A stretch of 64,000 nt of DNA from an uncultured delta proteobacterium (GTDB lineage Bacteria; Myxococcota_A; Polyangia; Fen-1088), in the NCBI GenBank assembly GCA_963767925.1, contig CAVYGB010000002.1:1376001-1440000 (forward strand), given 5' to 3'. Shown in pieces: positions 1 to 12,437 of this stretch. Under the pieces are notes generated by a model. The model saw only the letters and a list, made by a program, of their open reading frames with translations, was not told the origin of the DNA and did no database searches. Both the position numbers and the translations under genes were made by a program. Each line of letters starts with the position of its first letter. Within the stretch, counting starts at the first letter, position 1.

Positions 1-1
1 C

Positions 2-61
2 CCCTACCTGCAGGCGCTGACGGGGTTCTTCGAGGCGCGCTCCCGGAGGCTGCGGCACTGA
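2..61 (+). CDS. 3' end of an upstream gene, probably DUF58 family (partial)
   Basis: Reads PYLQALTGFFEARSRRLRH*; lies just before the Bat/VWA genes, where DUF58 usually sits. Confidence 0.5.
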   Translation, partial: PYLQALTGFFEARSRRLRH

Positions 62-63
62 CC

Positions 64-1144
64 ATGCGCTGGCTGACCGTGGCGATGTTGCTGCTCTTTC
101 CGGGGCCGCTCCGGGCGCAGCCGGCGGCGGGCCCCCCTCCCGAGGGCGCGGCGCCCGGCTCGACGGCGCCGGTCCCCGCCCCGGCAGCGGCGCCGACCCC
201 TGCGGCGCCCGGCAACGCGGTCCCCGCCGACGCGCCAACCGTGGCCGCCCGGCTGGATCGGGCCGAGGGGCGGGTGGGCGACCTCTTCACCCTGTCGGTG
301 ACCTCGGTGGGGCCGCGCAACGTCTCGACCAACCTGCCGACCCAGCTCGACCTCACCCCCTTCGAGGTGGTGGGCGGCGACCCCGAGCTCGAGGCGACCG
401 ACCTCGGCGACGGGCGGGTGCGCCGGACCTTCTCCCTGAAGGTGGCGGCCTACGAGCCGGGGGAGCTGGCGCTGCCCCCCATCCCGGTGACCTACATCGG
501 CACCGGCGGCCACGTGCTGTCGCGCCGGACCGAGCCGGTGCCGGTCAAGATCACGAGCCTGCTGGCCAACGAGCCGGACCCCCAGCTCAAGGACCCGGCC
601 GCGCCGGTGGCCGTCTACAAGGAAGACCTCACGCTGGCCTACATCGCGGCGGGCCTGGTGGCGGCCGCGCTCGGCGGCCTCATCGCCATCGCCGTGCGCC
701 GCCGCCTGCGCAACCGGGCGGCCTTCCGGCCGGCCCCGCCGCCCCGCCCGGCCCACGAGGTCGCCCTCGAGCGGCTCGACCGCCTGGCCGAGACCGGGCT
801 GGCTCCCGGCTCGGACAAGCAGCTCTTCTACTTTCAGCTCTCGGAGATCGTCGCGCGACTACCTCGGCGCGCGTTTCGGCTTCCTGGCCCTCGAGATGAC
901 GACCGAGGAGCTGATCGAGGACCTGCAGCGGCGGGCGCCCCGGGGCCTGGTGATGGGCGAGGTGGCGGGCTGGCTGGCTGGCTGTGACCTGGTCAAGTTC
1001 GCCAAGGTCACGCCGAGCGACTTCGAGGCCCGCGGCGCGCTGGAGACCGCCATCCGCATCGTCGAGGCCACCCGCCCGCGCCCCGAGCCGCAGGTCGGTG
1101 AGGGCCGCCCGGTGCCGGCCCCCGAGGAGACGGCCCACCCATGA
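64..1144 (+). CDS. BatD-like/DUF4381-type membrane-anchored protein (frameshift near 852)
   Basis: Signal peptide, Ig-like region, TM helix and 'PAHEVALERL..FYFQLSEIV'; continues in another frame as 'YLGARFGFLALEMTTEEL..CDLVKFAK' (896..1144). Confidence 0.75.
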
Positions 1145-2229
1145 GCGCGCCCCCACCGCCCCCCCGCTCGCCGATCCCCTACGCGCTGATCGCCCTGGTG
1201 TTCGTGCCGGCGACCGCCGCCTATCTCTGGTTCCTGCGCACGCTGGAGAGCTTCCGCTTCGCCCACCCCGGGGCCCTGGCGCTCATCCCGATCGCGGTGG
1301 CCCTGGTGCTGTGGGCGGGAGTGCGGCGGGGGCCGGGCCGCCGGGCGGTGCTGATGCACCCGCGCACCGGTGAGCTGTCGAGCGCGGGCCGCGGCTTCTG
1401 GGTCCGGCTGGCCGAGCTGCCCCTGGTGCTGCGCCTGCTGGTGGTGGTGCTGGTCGGGATCGTGCTCGCCCGCCCCCAGACCGCTCGCCCCGACGAGGAC
1501 TTCGACGTCGAGGGGATCGACATCGTCATCACCCTCGACCTGTCGGGGTCGATGGCGGAGACCGATCTGCTGCCCAACCGCCTGGTCGCCGCCAAGCAGG
1601 TCATCCGGGACTTCGTGCGCCGCCGCCGCACCGACCGCATCGGGCTGGTCGTGTTCGCCCGCGACGCCTACACCTACGTGCCGCTCACCCTCGACCACGG
1701 CGCCCTGCTGCGCCTGCTGTCGGAGCTGGAGCTGAACCTCATCGACGGCAAGGGGACGGCGATCGGCAACGGCCTGGGGGTGGCCCTGGCCCGCCTGCGC
1801 CGCTCGGACGCCCGCTCGAAGGTGATCATCCTGCTGACCGACGGGGACAACAACGCCGGCAACATCACCCCCTCGAAGGCCGCCTCGATGGCCCAGCAGA
1901 TGGGGGTCAAGATCTACACCGTGCTGGCGGGGGACAACGACAGCTCCGACCTGCCCGAGCAGCCGGGCGTCCCCCGCCGGCGCTTCCCGGTCAACCCCAA
2001 GCTGCTCGAGGAGATCGCGACCATGACCGGCGGCACCCCCTACCTGGCCACCGACAGCGTGGCCCTGGCCCGGCGGTTCCAGGCCATCCTCGAGGATCTG
2101 GAGAAGGCCCGCATCAAGGAGCGGGGCGTGCTGTACGCCGAGCTGTTCCCCCGCTTCCTGGCCCCCGCCATCTTCCTCCTCCTGCTGGAGATCCTCCTCC
2201 GGCTCACCCGCTTGCGGCGCCTGCCATGA
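1141..2229 (+). CDS. batA: VWA domain membrane protein, BatA-like
   Basis: LARPQ, MIDAS DLSGSM, DRIGLVVF, GTAIG, LLTDG; C-terminal TM. Confidence 0.85.
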   Translation: MSAPPPPPRSPIPYALIALVFVPATAAYLWFLRTLESFRFAHPGALALIPIAVALVLWAGVRRGPGRRAVLMHPRTGELSSAGRGFWVRLAELPLVLRLLVVVLVGIVLARPQTARPDEDFDVEGIDIVITLDLSGSMAETDLLPNRLVAAKQVIRDFVRRRRTDRIGLVVFARDAYTYVPLTLDHGALLRLLSELELNLIDGKGTAIGNGLGVALARLRRSDARSKVIILLTDGDNNAGNITPSKAASMAQQMGVKIYTVLAGDNDSSDLPEQPGVPRRRFPVNPKLLEEIATMTGGTPYLATDSVALARRFQAILEDLEKARIKERGVLYAELFPRFLAPAIFLLLLEILLRLTRLRRLP

Positions 2230-3254
2230 GACTCGCCCAGCCCCAGATGCTCTGGCTCCTGCTCCTGGTGCCCATCGTGGTGCTGGGCTGGGTGGTGGCC
2301 TTCACCCGGCGCCGGCGCCTGCTCGAGCGGATGGGCGGGCGGGTGCTGATCGAGCGGATGGCGGCCAGCGTGTCGGTGCCGCGCAAGATCCTGCGGGCCA
2401 CCCTCACGACGGCGGCCTTCGCCCTGCTGGTGCTGGCCCTGGCCCGCCCCCAGGCGGGCGGCAAGGCCAAGCTCGAGCGCCAGCGCGGCCTGGACATGGT
2501 GGTGGTCCTCGACTTCTCCAAGTCGATGCTCGCCCGCGACATCTACCCCTCGCGGCTCGAGCGGGCCAAGCGCGAGCTCGAGCGGCTGATGGACCGGCTG
2601 GCGGGCGACCGCATCGGGCTGGTGGCCTTCGCCGGCGAGACCATGACCTACCCGCCCACCACCGACTACGCGGCGGTGAAGCTGTTCTGGCGCGACCTGC
2701 AGCCGGCCGACCTGCCGGTGGGGGGGACCGCCATCGGGCGGGCCCTGCGGGTGGCCCTCGACCAGCTCGTGCGCCTGCGGGGCAAGGCCGGGGACACCCG
2801 CAGCCAGGTCATCCTGCTGCTCACCGACGGGGAGGACACCGAGAGCGAGCCGCTGCAGGTGGCGGAGCAGGCGGCCAAGCTGGGGGTGAAGATCTTCGCG
2901 GTGGGGATCGGGTCCCGCTCGGGCGAGCTGGTGCCCCAGGTCAACGAGGACGGTCAGGTGACCGGCTACCTCAAGGACGGGGACGGCAAATACGTGACCT
3001 CGCGCCTGGCCGAGGACATGCTGGCCAAGCTGGCCGCGGTGACGAGCGGCGAATACCTGCGGGCCGACGTCAAGCGGTTCGGGGTGGAGTCGGTCGAGCT
3101 GGCCCTGGCCAGCCTCAAGCGCACCGAAAACGAGGCCCGACTGGTCAAGCAATACGACGATATTTACGAGATACTGCTGCTGCCGGCGTTCCTGCTGCTG
3201 GTCGGTGAGGCCTGCATGAACGAGCGGCGGCGCAAGGTTGTGGCTCGATCATGA
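2226..3254 (+). CDS. batB: VWA domain membrane protein, BatB-like
   Basis: LARPQ, DFSKSM, PSRLERAK, DRIGLVAFAG, LLTDGED; start overlaps previous stop (ATGA). Confidence 0.85.
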   Translation: MRLAQPQMLWLLLLVPIVVLGWVVAFTRRRRLLERMGGRVLIERMAASVSVPRKILRATLTTAAFALLVLALARPQAGGKAKLERQRGLDMVVVLDFSKSMLARDIYPSRLERAKRELERLMDRLAGDRIGLVAFAGETMTYPPTTDYAAVKLFWRDLQPADLPVGGTAIGRALRVALDQLVRLRGKAGDTRSQVILLLTDGEDTESEPLQVAEQAAKLGVKIFAVGIGSRSGELVPQVNEDGQVTGYLKDGDGKYVTSRLAEDMLAKLAAVTSGEYLRADVKRFGVESVELALASLKRTENEARLVKQYDDIYEILLLPAFLLLVGEACMNERRRKVVARS

Positions 3255-4186
3255 GACGCGGATACACCGTGCTGCTGACCTTCGTGGTCCTCGCGCCGAT
3301 GCTGGCCGGGGTGGACCTGCTGCTGCGTCGCAGCCCCATCGTCGAGCAGGGCAACGGGCACATGAAGGCGGGCAAGGCCGAAGAGGCGCTCGCCGACTAC
3401 GACAAGGCGCTCGGCGAGAGCCCCACCGAGCCGGGGGTCCACTTCAACCGGGGGACCGCGCTCTACGGCCTTAGCCGCTGGGAGGAGGCGGGCCAGGCCT
3501 TCCTGCGCGCCACCGAGGCGCGCACGCCCGACCTGAAGGGGGCGGCCTTCTACAACCTCGGCAACGCGTTTTACCAGGGGCAGAAGTACGAGGAGGCGGC
3601 GCAGGCCTTCAAGAAGGCGCTCGCCTACAACCCGGGGGACGTCAAGGCCAAGTGGAACCTGGAGCTGGCCCTCCGCAAGAAGAAGGAAGAGGAGAAGAAG
3701 AAGGAGGACCAGAAGAACAACCAGGACCAGAAGGACCAGAAGGACAAGGACCAGAACCAGAAGGACCCGGACGACAAGGACAAGCCGGAGGAGCAGAAGG
3801 GCGACGAGAAGAAGGAGCCCGGCAAGGAGGACCAGCAAAAGGACCCCGGCCAGGACCAGAACCAGCAGAACAAAGACGACAAGCAGGATCAGCCGCCGCA
3901 AGATCCCGGGCAGCCAGAGCAGCAGCAGGCCAAGCAGGATCCGCCCAAGCCCCCCGAGCCCAAGCCCGGGCAAGGGCAGCAGCAGCCTCAGCCCAAGCCC
4001 GAGCCGGACAAGCAGGCCAAGAACCAGGGGCCCGGCCAGCAGGGCAAGGAGCCGCCCAACCCCCCCGGTGACGTCGCCGAGATGGAGGCCATCCTCGACA
4101 ACCTCGAGCGCAGCCCCAAGGTGCTCGAGCAGGAGCTGGCCCGCCTGCGCGCCCTCAACCGCAAGCCCCCCGCCAAGGACTGGTAG
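3251..4186 (+). CDS. batC: TPR protein with Q/K/D-rich tail, BatC-like
   Basis: TPR motifs (FNRGTALY, YNLGNAFY, KWNLELA), low-complexity tail, C-terminal KDW. Confidence 0.85.
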   Translation: MRRGYTVLLTFVVLAPMLAGVDLLLRRSPIVEQGNGHMKAGKAEEALADYDKALGESPTEPGVHFNRGTALYGLSRWEEAGQAFLRATEARTPDLKGAAFYNLGNAFYQGQKYEEAAQAFKKALAYNPGDVKAKWNLELALRKKKEEEKKKEDQKNNQDQKDQKDKDQNQKDPDDKDKPEEQKGDEKKEPGKEDQQKDPGQDQNQQNKDDKQDQPPQDPGQPEQQQAKQDPPKPPEPKPGQGQQQPQPKPEPDKQAKNQGPGQQGKEPPNPPGDVAEMEAILDNLERSPKVLEQELARLRALNRKPPAKDW

Positions 4187-4191
4187 ACCCC

Positions 4192-6160
4192 GTGCGCGCG
4201 GCAGAGGAGAGGAACGAAGGCGCCGCCAGCAAGGGTAAACGGCCGCGGGCGTGGTGCCGGCGCTGGTTCCCGCTGGCCGCCCTGGCCGCGTCGGCGCTGC
4301 TGCCGGCCCCGGCCGCCCAGGCGGCGGAGACCTTCCTCGCCAAGACCGATCGTACCGAGATGAACCTCGGCGAGGTGCTGATCCTCGAGGTGACGCTGTC
4401 GCTCAACGACGGCCAGGCCGACGCCTACAAGCCGCCCGAGCTGCGCAACGACTTCCGGGTGGCCAGCGCGATGCCCAGCCGGTCGACGCAGATCCAGATG
4501 GGCGGCGGCACCAGCCTCATCCAGAACATCTACACCTGGCGCTACGAGCTGTCGCCCATCCGCAGCGGCCGGCTCACCATCCCGCCGGCCCAGGTGCGGG
4601 CCAACGGGCGCGAGCTGCGCACCTTGCCGATCGCAGATCACCGTGAACGCCGGCGACCTGCGTCCTGGCAGCGCGGCGGCCGCCCCTCCGCCGGGCCAGC
4701 CGCCGCCCGGGCAGCCGCCCCGCCCGCGCCGGCCGCGCTCGCCCTTCGCCGACCTGTTCGGCGACGAGGCGGCGGTGCCGGCGCCGGCCAGCGGCGAGGG
4801 CAGCTTCGTGCGGGCGGCGGCGGACAAGACCAAGGTCTACGTCGGCGAGCAGGTGGTTGTGGAGTGGCTGCTCTACCTCACCGACCGGCAGGACAAGTAC
4901 CAGGCCCTCACCGAGCCGCGCACCGACGGCTTCTGGAGCGAGGACCTCACGGTCCCCCACAACCAGGGCAGCCTGGCCCTCACCCAGCAGATGTACCAGG
5001 GGCGCCTCTACCTGGTGGCGCCGCTGACCCGCAAGGCCCTGTTTCCCCTGCAGTCGGGCAAGCTGACCGTCACCCCGCTCGAGTCGGAGATCTCCCAGAT
5101 CGACTTCTTCGGGCGCAACCTGCGCACCGAGCGGCTCAAGGCCCCGCCGGTCGAGATCGAGGTCCTGCCCTTGCCGGCGGGCAAGCCCGAGGGGTTCGAT
5201 CCGGCCAACGTGGGCCTGTTTTCCCTCGACGCCCGCATCGACCGGAACAAGGTGGCGGTCGGTGAGGCGGTCACCCTGCTGGTGACGGCGGTCGGGCAGG
5301 GGAACCTGCGCAAGCTGGCGCTGCCCAAGCTGGCGCCGCTGACCGGCTGGAAGACCTACGAGCCGAAGGTCGACGTCAAGATCGAGAACGAAAACGGGAT
5401 CGCCGGCACCAAGTCGGTCGAATACCTGCTGCTGCCCGAGCGGCCCGGCCAGACCGTGTTGCCCCAGCTCGCGTTTCACTTCTTCGACCCCACGGGGCGC
5501 CGGTACGTGACCCAGAAGACGCCCGCCCTGCGCATCGAGGTGACGGGCGAGGCCCGGGCCCCGGGGCGCCCGCTGGCGGCGGCGCCGGGGGCGGCGCTCG
5601 GAGGGCTGGAGAACGTGCTCGCCGCCGAGATCCGCCCGCCCCGCACCCGCCCGGTCCTGCGCCGGGACCTGGGGGCCACGCTCTACACGTCGCCGACCTT
5701 CTTCTGGACGCTGCTCGCGCCGCCGGCGCTGTTCGGGGTCACGGTGGTGGTGGGGCGGCTGCGCGAGCGCTGGGGCCAGGACACCGAGCGGGGACGGCGG
5801 CGCAAGACCCGCCGGCTGATCCGGGACCACCTGCGGGCGGCCGAGGGCCACCTGACGGGCAATCGCCCGGGCGACTTTTACATCGAGATCGATCGGGTGC
5901 TGCGCGAGGTGCTGACCGCCCGCCTGCGCCGGCCCATCGCCGGCCTGCCCCGGGACGAGCTGGCCGCCTCCATCGCCGGCAGCGGCCTGGGGCCCGATCT
6001 GGCCGAGCGCGTGCTGACCGAGCTGGACGCCAGCGACCGGGCCCGCTTCGCCCCCGGCACCGTGGGGGAGAGCGAGATGCGCGCCTCGCTCGAGCGGGCC
6101 GCCGAGCTGATCCTGCAGATCGAGAAGGCGCCCGAGCGGGCGGGCCGGGAGGCGGCGTGA
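4192..6160 (+). CDS. batD: BatD family protein (frameshift near 4635)
   Basis: Tandem BatD-like Ig domains (GRLTIPPA, KTKVYVGEQ, VGEAVTL, GQGNL), TM near the C-terminus; ORFs 4192.. and 4643..6160 join. Confidence 0.8.
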
Positions 6161-6912
6161 GGGCGGCGGCCGCGCTGATCGCCGTGCTGCTGCTCGCCAG
6201 CGGCACCGCCCGGGCCGACCGGGTCGACGAGGCCTGGAAGCGGGGCAACGACGCCTACTTCAACGGCGACTACGCGGCGGCCCTGGCGGCCTACGAGCAG
6301 CTCGACCGTCAGGGGGTGATGTCGGCCGACCTGTTTTACAACCTGGGGGTGGCCTACTTCCGCCTCGGCAACCTGGGGCGGGCCATCTGGGCCTTCGAGC
6401 GGGCCCTGGCCCTCGAGCCGGAGGCGGAGGACGCGCGCTTCAACCTGGCCCAGGCGCGCAAGCAGGCCGAGCGCCGGGCCATCGACAAGATCGAGGGCGC
6501 CCAGAGCGAGCCGCTCTGGATCCGGGTCGTCACGGCCATCCCGGTCTCCACCCAGACCTGGCTGTTCTTGCTGATGTACCTGGGCGCCTTCGCGATGCTG
6601 TTCATCCGGCGCCGCTCGGCCGACGACCTGCGGGCCCCGCTGGGGGCGGCGGCGGCGCTGCTGGGGGTGGGGGCGGCGCTGGCCGGCACGCTCCTGATGG
6701 GGCGGACCGCGCTCGAGCGCATCCCCTTCGGGGTGGTGCTGCCCGACGAGGTGGCGGTCAAGGAGGGGGCCGACCCCAACTACCGCACCAGCTTCGAGGT
6801 GCACGCCGGGCTGCGCGTGCGCCTGCTCGAGCGCGAGCAGGACTGGATCCGGATCCGCCTGGCCAACGGGCTGGAAGGCTGGGTCCGGGACGCGGCCCTG
6901 GGTCGATTGTAG
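6157..6912 (+). CDS. batE: TPR + TM + SH3 protein, BatE-like
   Basis: FYNLGVAYFR TPR, two TMs, C-terminal WIRIRLANGLEGWV (SH3-like). Confidence 0.85.
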   Translation: MRAAAALIAVLLLASGTARADRVDEAWKRGNDAYFNGDYAAALAAYEQLDRQGVMSADLFYNLGVAYFRLGNLGRAIWAFERALALEPEAEDARFNLAQARKQAERRAIDKIEGAQSEPLWIRVVTAIPVSTQTWLFLLMYLGAFAMLFIRRRSADDLRAPLGAAAALLGVGAALAGTLLMGRTALERIPFGVVLPDEVAVKEGADPNYRTSFEVHAGLRVRLLEREQDWIRIRLANGLEGWVRDAALGRL

Positions 6913-8083
6913 GTGTTCTCGCGGCGGCTCGACTGGCAGGTGGCGGACAACCCGCTGGCCGCGCTCGAGCGCCAGCGGCGGGCGGCGGGGCACAAGGTCG
7001 TCGATCTCACGGTGTCCAACCCGACCGCGGTGGGGCTGCCCGCGCGCGACGGGGCCCTGGCGGCCGCCCTGGCCAGCCCGGGGGTGGCCCGCCACCAGCC
7101 GGCGCCGCTGGGACCCCTGCCGGCCCGGCGCCTGGTGGCCGGCGAATACGCGGCGCCTGGGGGCGGAGGTGGCGCCCGAGCGGATCGTGCTCACCGCCAG
7201 CTCGAGCGAGTCGTACGCCCTGCTGTTCAAGCTGCTGGCCGACCCGGGCGACACCGTGCTGGTGCCGCAGCCGAGCTACCCCTTGTTCGACCACCTGGCC
7301 CGGCTCGAGGGGCTGGTCATCCGCCCCTACCGGCTGGCCTTCGACGGCGCCTGGCACCTCGACTGGTCGAGCCTCGCGCTCGAAGGGGCCCGGGCCCTGG
7401 TGCTGTGCAACCCCAACAACCCGACCGGGTCCTTCCTGCGCCGGGACGAGCTGGCCCGCCTGGGCGCGGAGGCGGCCCGCGCCGGCCTGGCGCTGATCGT
7501 CGACGAGGTCTTCGCCGACTACGCCTTCGCCGCGCCGGCCGACGCGGTCGTCACGATGGCGGCCGAGCCGCTGCCGGCCCTCACCTTCGCGCTCGGCGGG
7601 CTGTCCAGCAGCTGCGGCTTGCCCCAGATGAAGCTGGGCTGGCTGGCGGCGCTCGGCCCGCCGCCGCTCGCCGAGGCCGCCCTGGCCCGCCTCGAGCTGA
7701 TCGCCGACACCTACCTCTCGGTCGGCACGCCGGTGCTGCAGGCCCTGCCCGGGTTGCTCGCTGCCGGCGCCGCCATCCGCAAGGACGTCCGGGGACGCCT
7801 CGCGGCCAGCCGCGCCGCCCTGGCCGCCGCCTTCCCGGCCGGCTCGCCGGTCAGCGTGTTGCCGGTGGAGGCGGGCTGGTCGGCCATCTTGCGCCTGCCG
7901 GCGGTGCGCAGCGACGAGCAGTGGGCGTTCGACCTGCTCGACCGCGACGGCCTGCTGGTCCAGCCCGGCTGCTTCTTCGCCCTCGCCCACCTCGGCAGCC
8001 CGATCGTGATCAGCCTCCTGACCCCGCCCGCCGACCTCGCCCCCGCCCTGCCAGCCATCGCCGCGGCCGCGGCCGCGGTCTAA
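6913..8083 (+). CDS. PLP-dependent aminotransferase class I/II (frameshift near 7155)
   Basis: MFSRRL..DLTVSNPT, TASSSESY, PSYPLF, NPNNPTG, IVDEVF, 'GLSSSCGLPQMKLGW' (usual Schiff-base Lys position reads Ser). Confidence 0.8.
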
Positions 8084-8090
8084 TGGACGC

Positions 8091-8624
8091 CTAGTGATCC
8101 TTCATCAGCGGGGGGCTGGGGACGCCGCGGAGGTGCTCGACGACGCTCTCTTCCAGGAGCTCTTGCATGGTCTGACCGCCGTAGCGGGCGGCGATGCGGT
8201 CGTCGTAGTCGTCGGCCACGATGGCGAAGTCGCGGATGGTGGCCATGAACTCTTCCTCGTCGCTCAGCTCGCGGTCGGCCATGGTGTGACAGAAGAGGAT
8301 GACGTCGCCGGCCGGCACGAAGGCGAACGCTCCGAAGCGCAGGATCGCGTTGGTCTCCAGCAGCTCGAGCGCGAGCTGCACCTCCATGGTGACGCCCTTG
8401 ACGAGCTGGGCCACCAGACGGACCACGGCGTGGGTCTGGCGCCAGGGGTGCACGGTCACCATCAGCAGCGTCGAGCCCTGCTTGATCACGTAGAGCGCGT
8501 CGTCGATCTTCCGATAGGCGGGGCTCTTGGAGAGCAGCTCCTCGACGCGGTGGCAGGCGCGGCGGACCGCCGCGCTCTTGACCGCCGACTGAGGCCCGGT
8601 CTTGCTGCCGCTGATGATGTTCAT
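8091..8624 (-). CDS. YbjN / T3SS-chaperone-like protein
   Basis: 'ELLETNAILRFGAF' and 'ADDYDDRIAARYGG' are typical of the YbjN/CesT-like fold. Confidence 0.65.
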   Translation of the reverse strand: MNIISGSKTGPQSAVKSAAVRRACHRVEELLSKSPAYRKIDDALYVIKQGSTLLMVTVHPWRQTHAVVRLVAQLVKGVTMEVQLALELLETNAILRFGAFAFVPAGDVILFCHTMADRELSDEEEFMATIRDFAIVADDYDDRIAARYGGQTMQELLEESVVEHLRGVPSPPLMKDH

Positions 8625-8778
8625 CCCCTTATCGGTATCACGGATGGGGCCCGCCGAGAACCCGCCGGCGCGGCGGCGGCGTCCCGCTGGGTTCCCTCGC
8701 CGGCGTCGGGTGCGGTGCGTACGCCCCGCTGCGAGATAGACCTACGCTCGGGGCGCGCGCGACGCGCGACGTTCGACG

Positions 8779-10193
<1,415 letters not shown>

Positions 10194-10228
10194 GGACGGA
10201 GCCCGGGGCACAGGCTACGTCCCGGGGG

Positions 10229-11336
10229 CTAAAGGGGCAAGACACCTACCGTGTCGCCGGAGCCCACCTGCAGAAGGCGGGCGGTCTCCTCGGGCAGATC
10301 GACGCCTTCTTGCTGGGCCTCTGGCTGGCCGTCTTGCTGCCGCTGCCCGGGCCCCTGGCCAGCGCCCGCGCCGCTCCCCCCGGGGGCCAGCTTCACGAGG
10401 GCCCGGACGGCCAGGAAGAAGGGGGCCGCCGGCCGGGGCGCGGCCACGATGGCCGGGACCCCACCTGGCTCGTCGCCGGCCCGCAGGCTGCGCACCTTCA
10501 GGCGGCGGGTGGCGGCCACCGAGGCGATCTTTTCGGTGCGGCAGTGAAAGTGGGGCCCGCCGTCGAAGGGGTCGATGCGGCTGGCGTATTCGAATCCGGC
10601 CCGCACCAGCATCTTCTCGACCGCCTTGCTGTGGGGGCCCACCTGGCCGATCTGGGCCTGCGCCGCCGGGGGCAACAAGGTGGCGTAGATGGGGTCCTGG
10701 GGGAACAGGGCCCGGATGAACTCCTTGTTCTCGCGCGAGAGGCGGTCGGCCTCCTGGTACGACAGCGCCGGTGAAGTGGCGGCCGAGGGCCTCCCACAGG
10801 GCGCTGGTGCCGTCCGACTCGAGCGGCGGCAGCAGCTCGGACACGACCTCGTCGCGGAAGTCGGCCCGGTGCAGGGCCATGTAGGCGAAGCGCACGTGGA
10901 CCAGGACCTTGCCGAGCTGCTGCGGGTGCCCGCGCAGCTCGGGCAGCAGCACCAGCCCGCCGATCTCGGTGGGGCCGTCGTAGTTGTAGCCGATGCGCAG
11001 CACCTGGTGGCGGATGTGCCGGTCGAGGCTCTCGCTGTAGCGCTCCTCGTCGATCACGTCGAAGAAGATGTGGGGGGCCCGGCGGGTGCCGTGCTGGGCG
11101 AAGATCATCGACGACCCGACCGCCCGCTCGCTGCCGTCGAGGCCCCGCTCGACAAGCACGAACAGCAGCTCGCGCTTGGCCGGCTCGAGCGCCCCGGAGA
11201 ACGACTGCTCCGACCGCTCGATCGACTCGCGCAGGCGGACCGGATCGTTCGGCAGGTTCACCGAGTCGAGGTGGCGGGCCACCTGCTGCAGCGCCGGCAG
11301 ATCGGCGAGCACGGCCGGCCGCACGTAGAAGATCAC
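10229..11336 (-). CDS. astA: Arginine N-succinyltransferase (frameshift near 10770)
   Basis: VRPA..DL, TEIGGLVL, LWEALGRHF, IGQVGP, IDPFDGGP. Confidence 0.8.
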
Positions 11337-11393
11337 CTTCTTAGTCTAGTCGAGGCGGCCCGCCCCGGCCTGCCCGGGCGGGCTTCCGGGCAC

Positions 11394-12371
11394 TCACAGC
11401 CGCGGCAGGGAGACGCGCAGATCGGCCAGCAGGGGCGCGAGGAAAGGCTCGAAGCCGGTCTCGGGCAGAGGGGGGCGGGGGGGCAAAAAGACGCTGTAGT
11501 CGCGGATCCGGATCGGGGTGCCCCCCTGGCGGGCGACCCGCTGGTTCTCCCGGGCGATCCAGTCGAGGATGCGGGGGAGGGCGCGCACGGCCTCCTGCTG
11601 GGTGTCGTGCAGGAGCAAGATGGCCCGGCCGACGTTGGCCCGGCCGAGCTGGCGGGTGACGTATTCGACGATCTCGTCCTCGCTGCCGCCCTTCCACTCC
11701 TGAGGGTCGAGGCTCCATCCCACCTGCAGCAGATCGCGCTCGCGCAGGGCCTGGTCGAGGCGTCGGCAGCGGGTGCCGTAGGGGGCGCGGAACAGGAGCG
11801 GGCGCAGCCCGGTGGCGGCGCTGATGATCTCCGAGTTGCCGTCGATCTCGTGCTCGAGCAGCTCGTCGGGCTGCCGGCACAGGTTCTGGTGGGTCAAGGT
11901 GTGGTTGGCCACCAGGTGGCCGTGGGTGGCGATCTTGCGGATGAGATCGCTGCGCGCCAGGTCCTGGGGCTTGTTGCCCACCATGTGGCCGGCGTTGATG
12001 AAGAAGATGGCCTTGTGGCCCCGCCGCTCGAGCTCGGCCAGGACCAGGGGCGTGCCGAACAGGTCGGGCCCGTCGTCGAAGGTCAGCACCAGCTCGCGCA
12101 CGCCCCGGGTCACGCGCGGAGGGGCCGGGGCCTGGCCGGGGAGAGGGCGCAGGTAGAGCGGGTAGTCGGGGGCGGTCCGCCGGTGCCGGCCCGCGCCCTC
12201 CGGCTGCTCCGTCGAGGGTGGTAGGACGGCGGGGCCGTCATCGATCTCGGCAGCGAGGTCGGCCCGGCCGGCGGCGGGGCCGCTGGCCACGGGGGGGATG
12301 GTCCCACGCCCCGAGAAGGGGAGGACCATCACCACCGCCGCGAACAGGGCGCTGCAACTGGGCCGGAGCAC
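11394..12371 (-). CDS. Polysaccharide deacetylase (NodB/CE4)
   Basis: LTFDDGP, NHTLTH, FRAPYG, DPQEW, LLLHD. Confidence 0.9.
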   Translation of the reverse strand: MLRPSCSALFAAVVMVLPFSGRGTIPPVASGPAAGRADLAAEIDDGPAVLPPSTEQPEGAGRHRRTAPDYPLYLRPLPGQAPAPPRVTRGVRELVLTFDDGPDLFGTPLVLAELERRGHKAIFFINAGHMVGNKPQDLARSDLIRKIATHGHLVANHTLTHQNLCRQPDELLEHEIDGNSEIISAATGLRPLLFRAPYGTRCRRLDQALRERDLLQVGWSLDPQEWKGGSEDEIVEYVTRQLGRANVGRAILLLHDTQQEAVRALPRILDWIARENQRVARQGGTPIRIRDYSVFLPPRPPLPETGFEPFLAPLLADLRVSLPRL

Positions 12372-12437
12372 CGATGATCACATCGGCTGCCCCGGCGCCA
12401 GGTCGAGAAGAAAATGCGTGTGGTGAGAGGTGGGGGA

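Noticed and set aside
3680..4065. Novel Q/K/D low-complexity repeat
   Set aside because: A normal feature of BatC-like proteins
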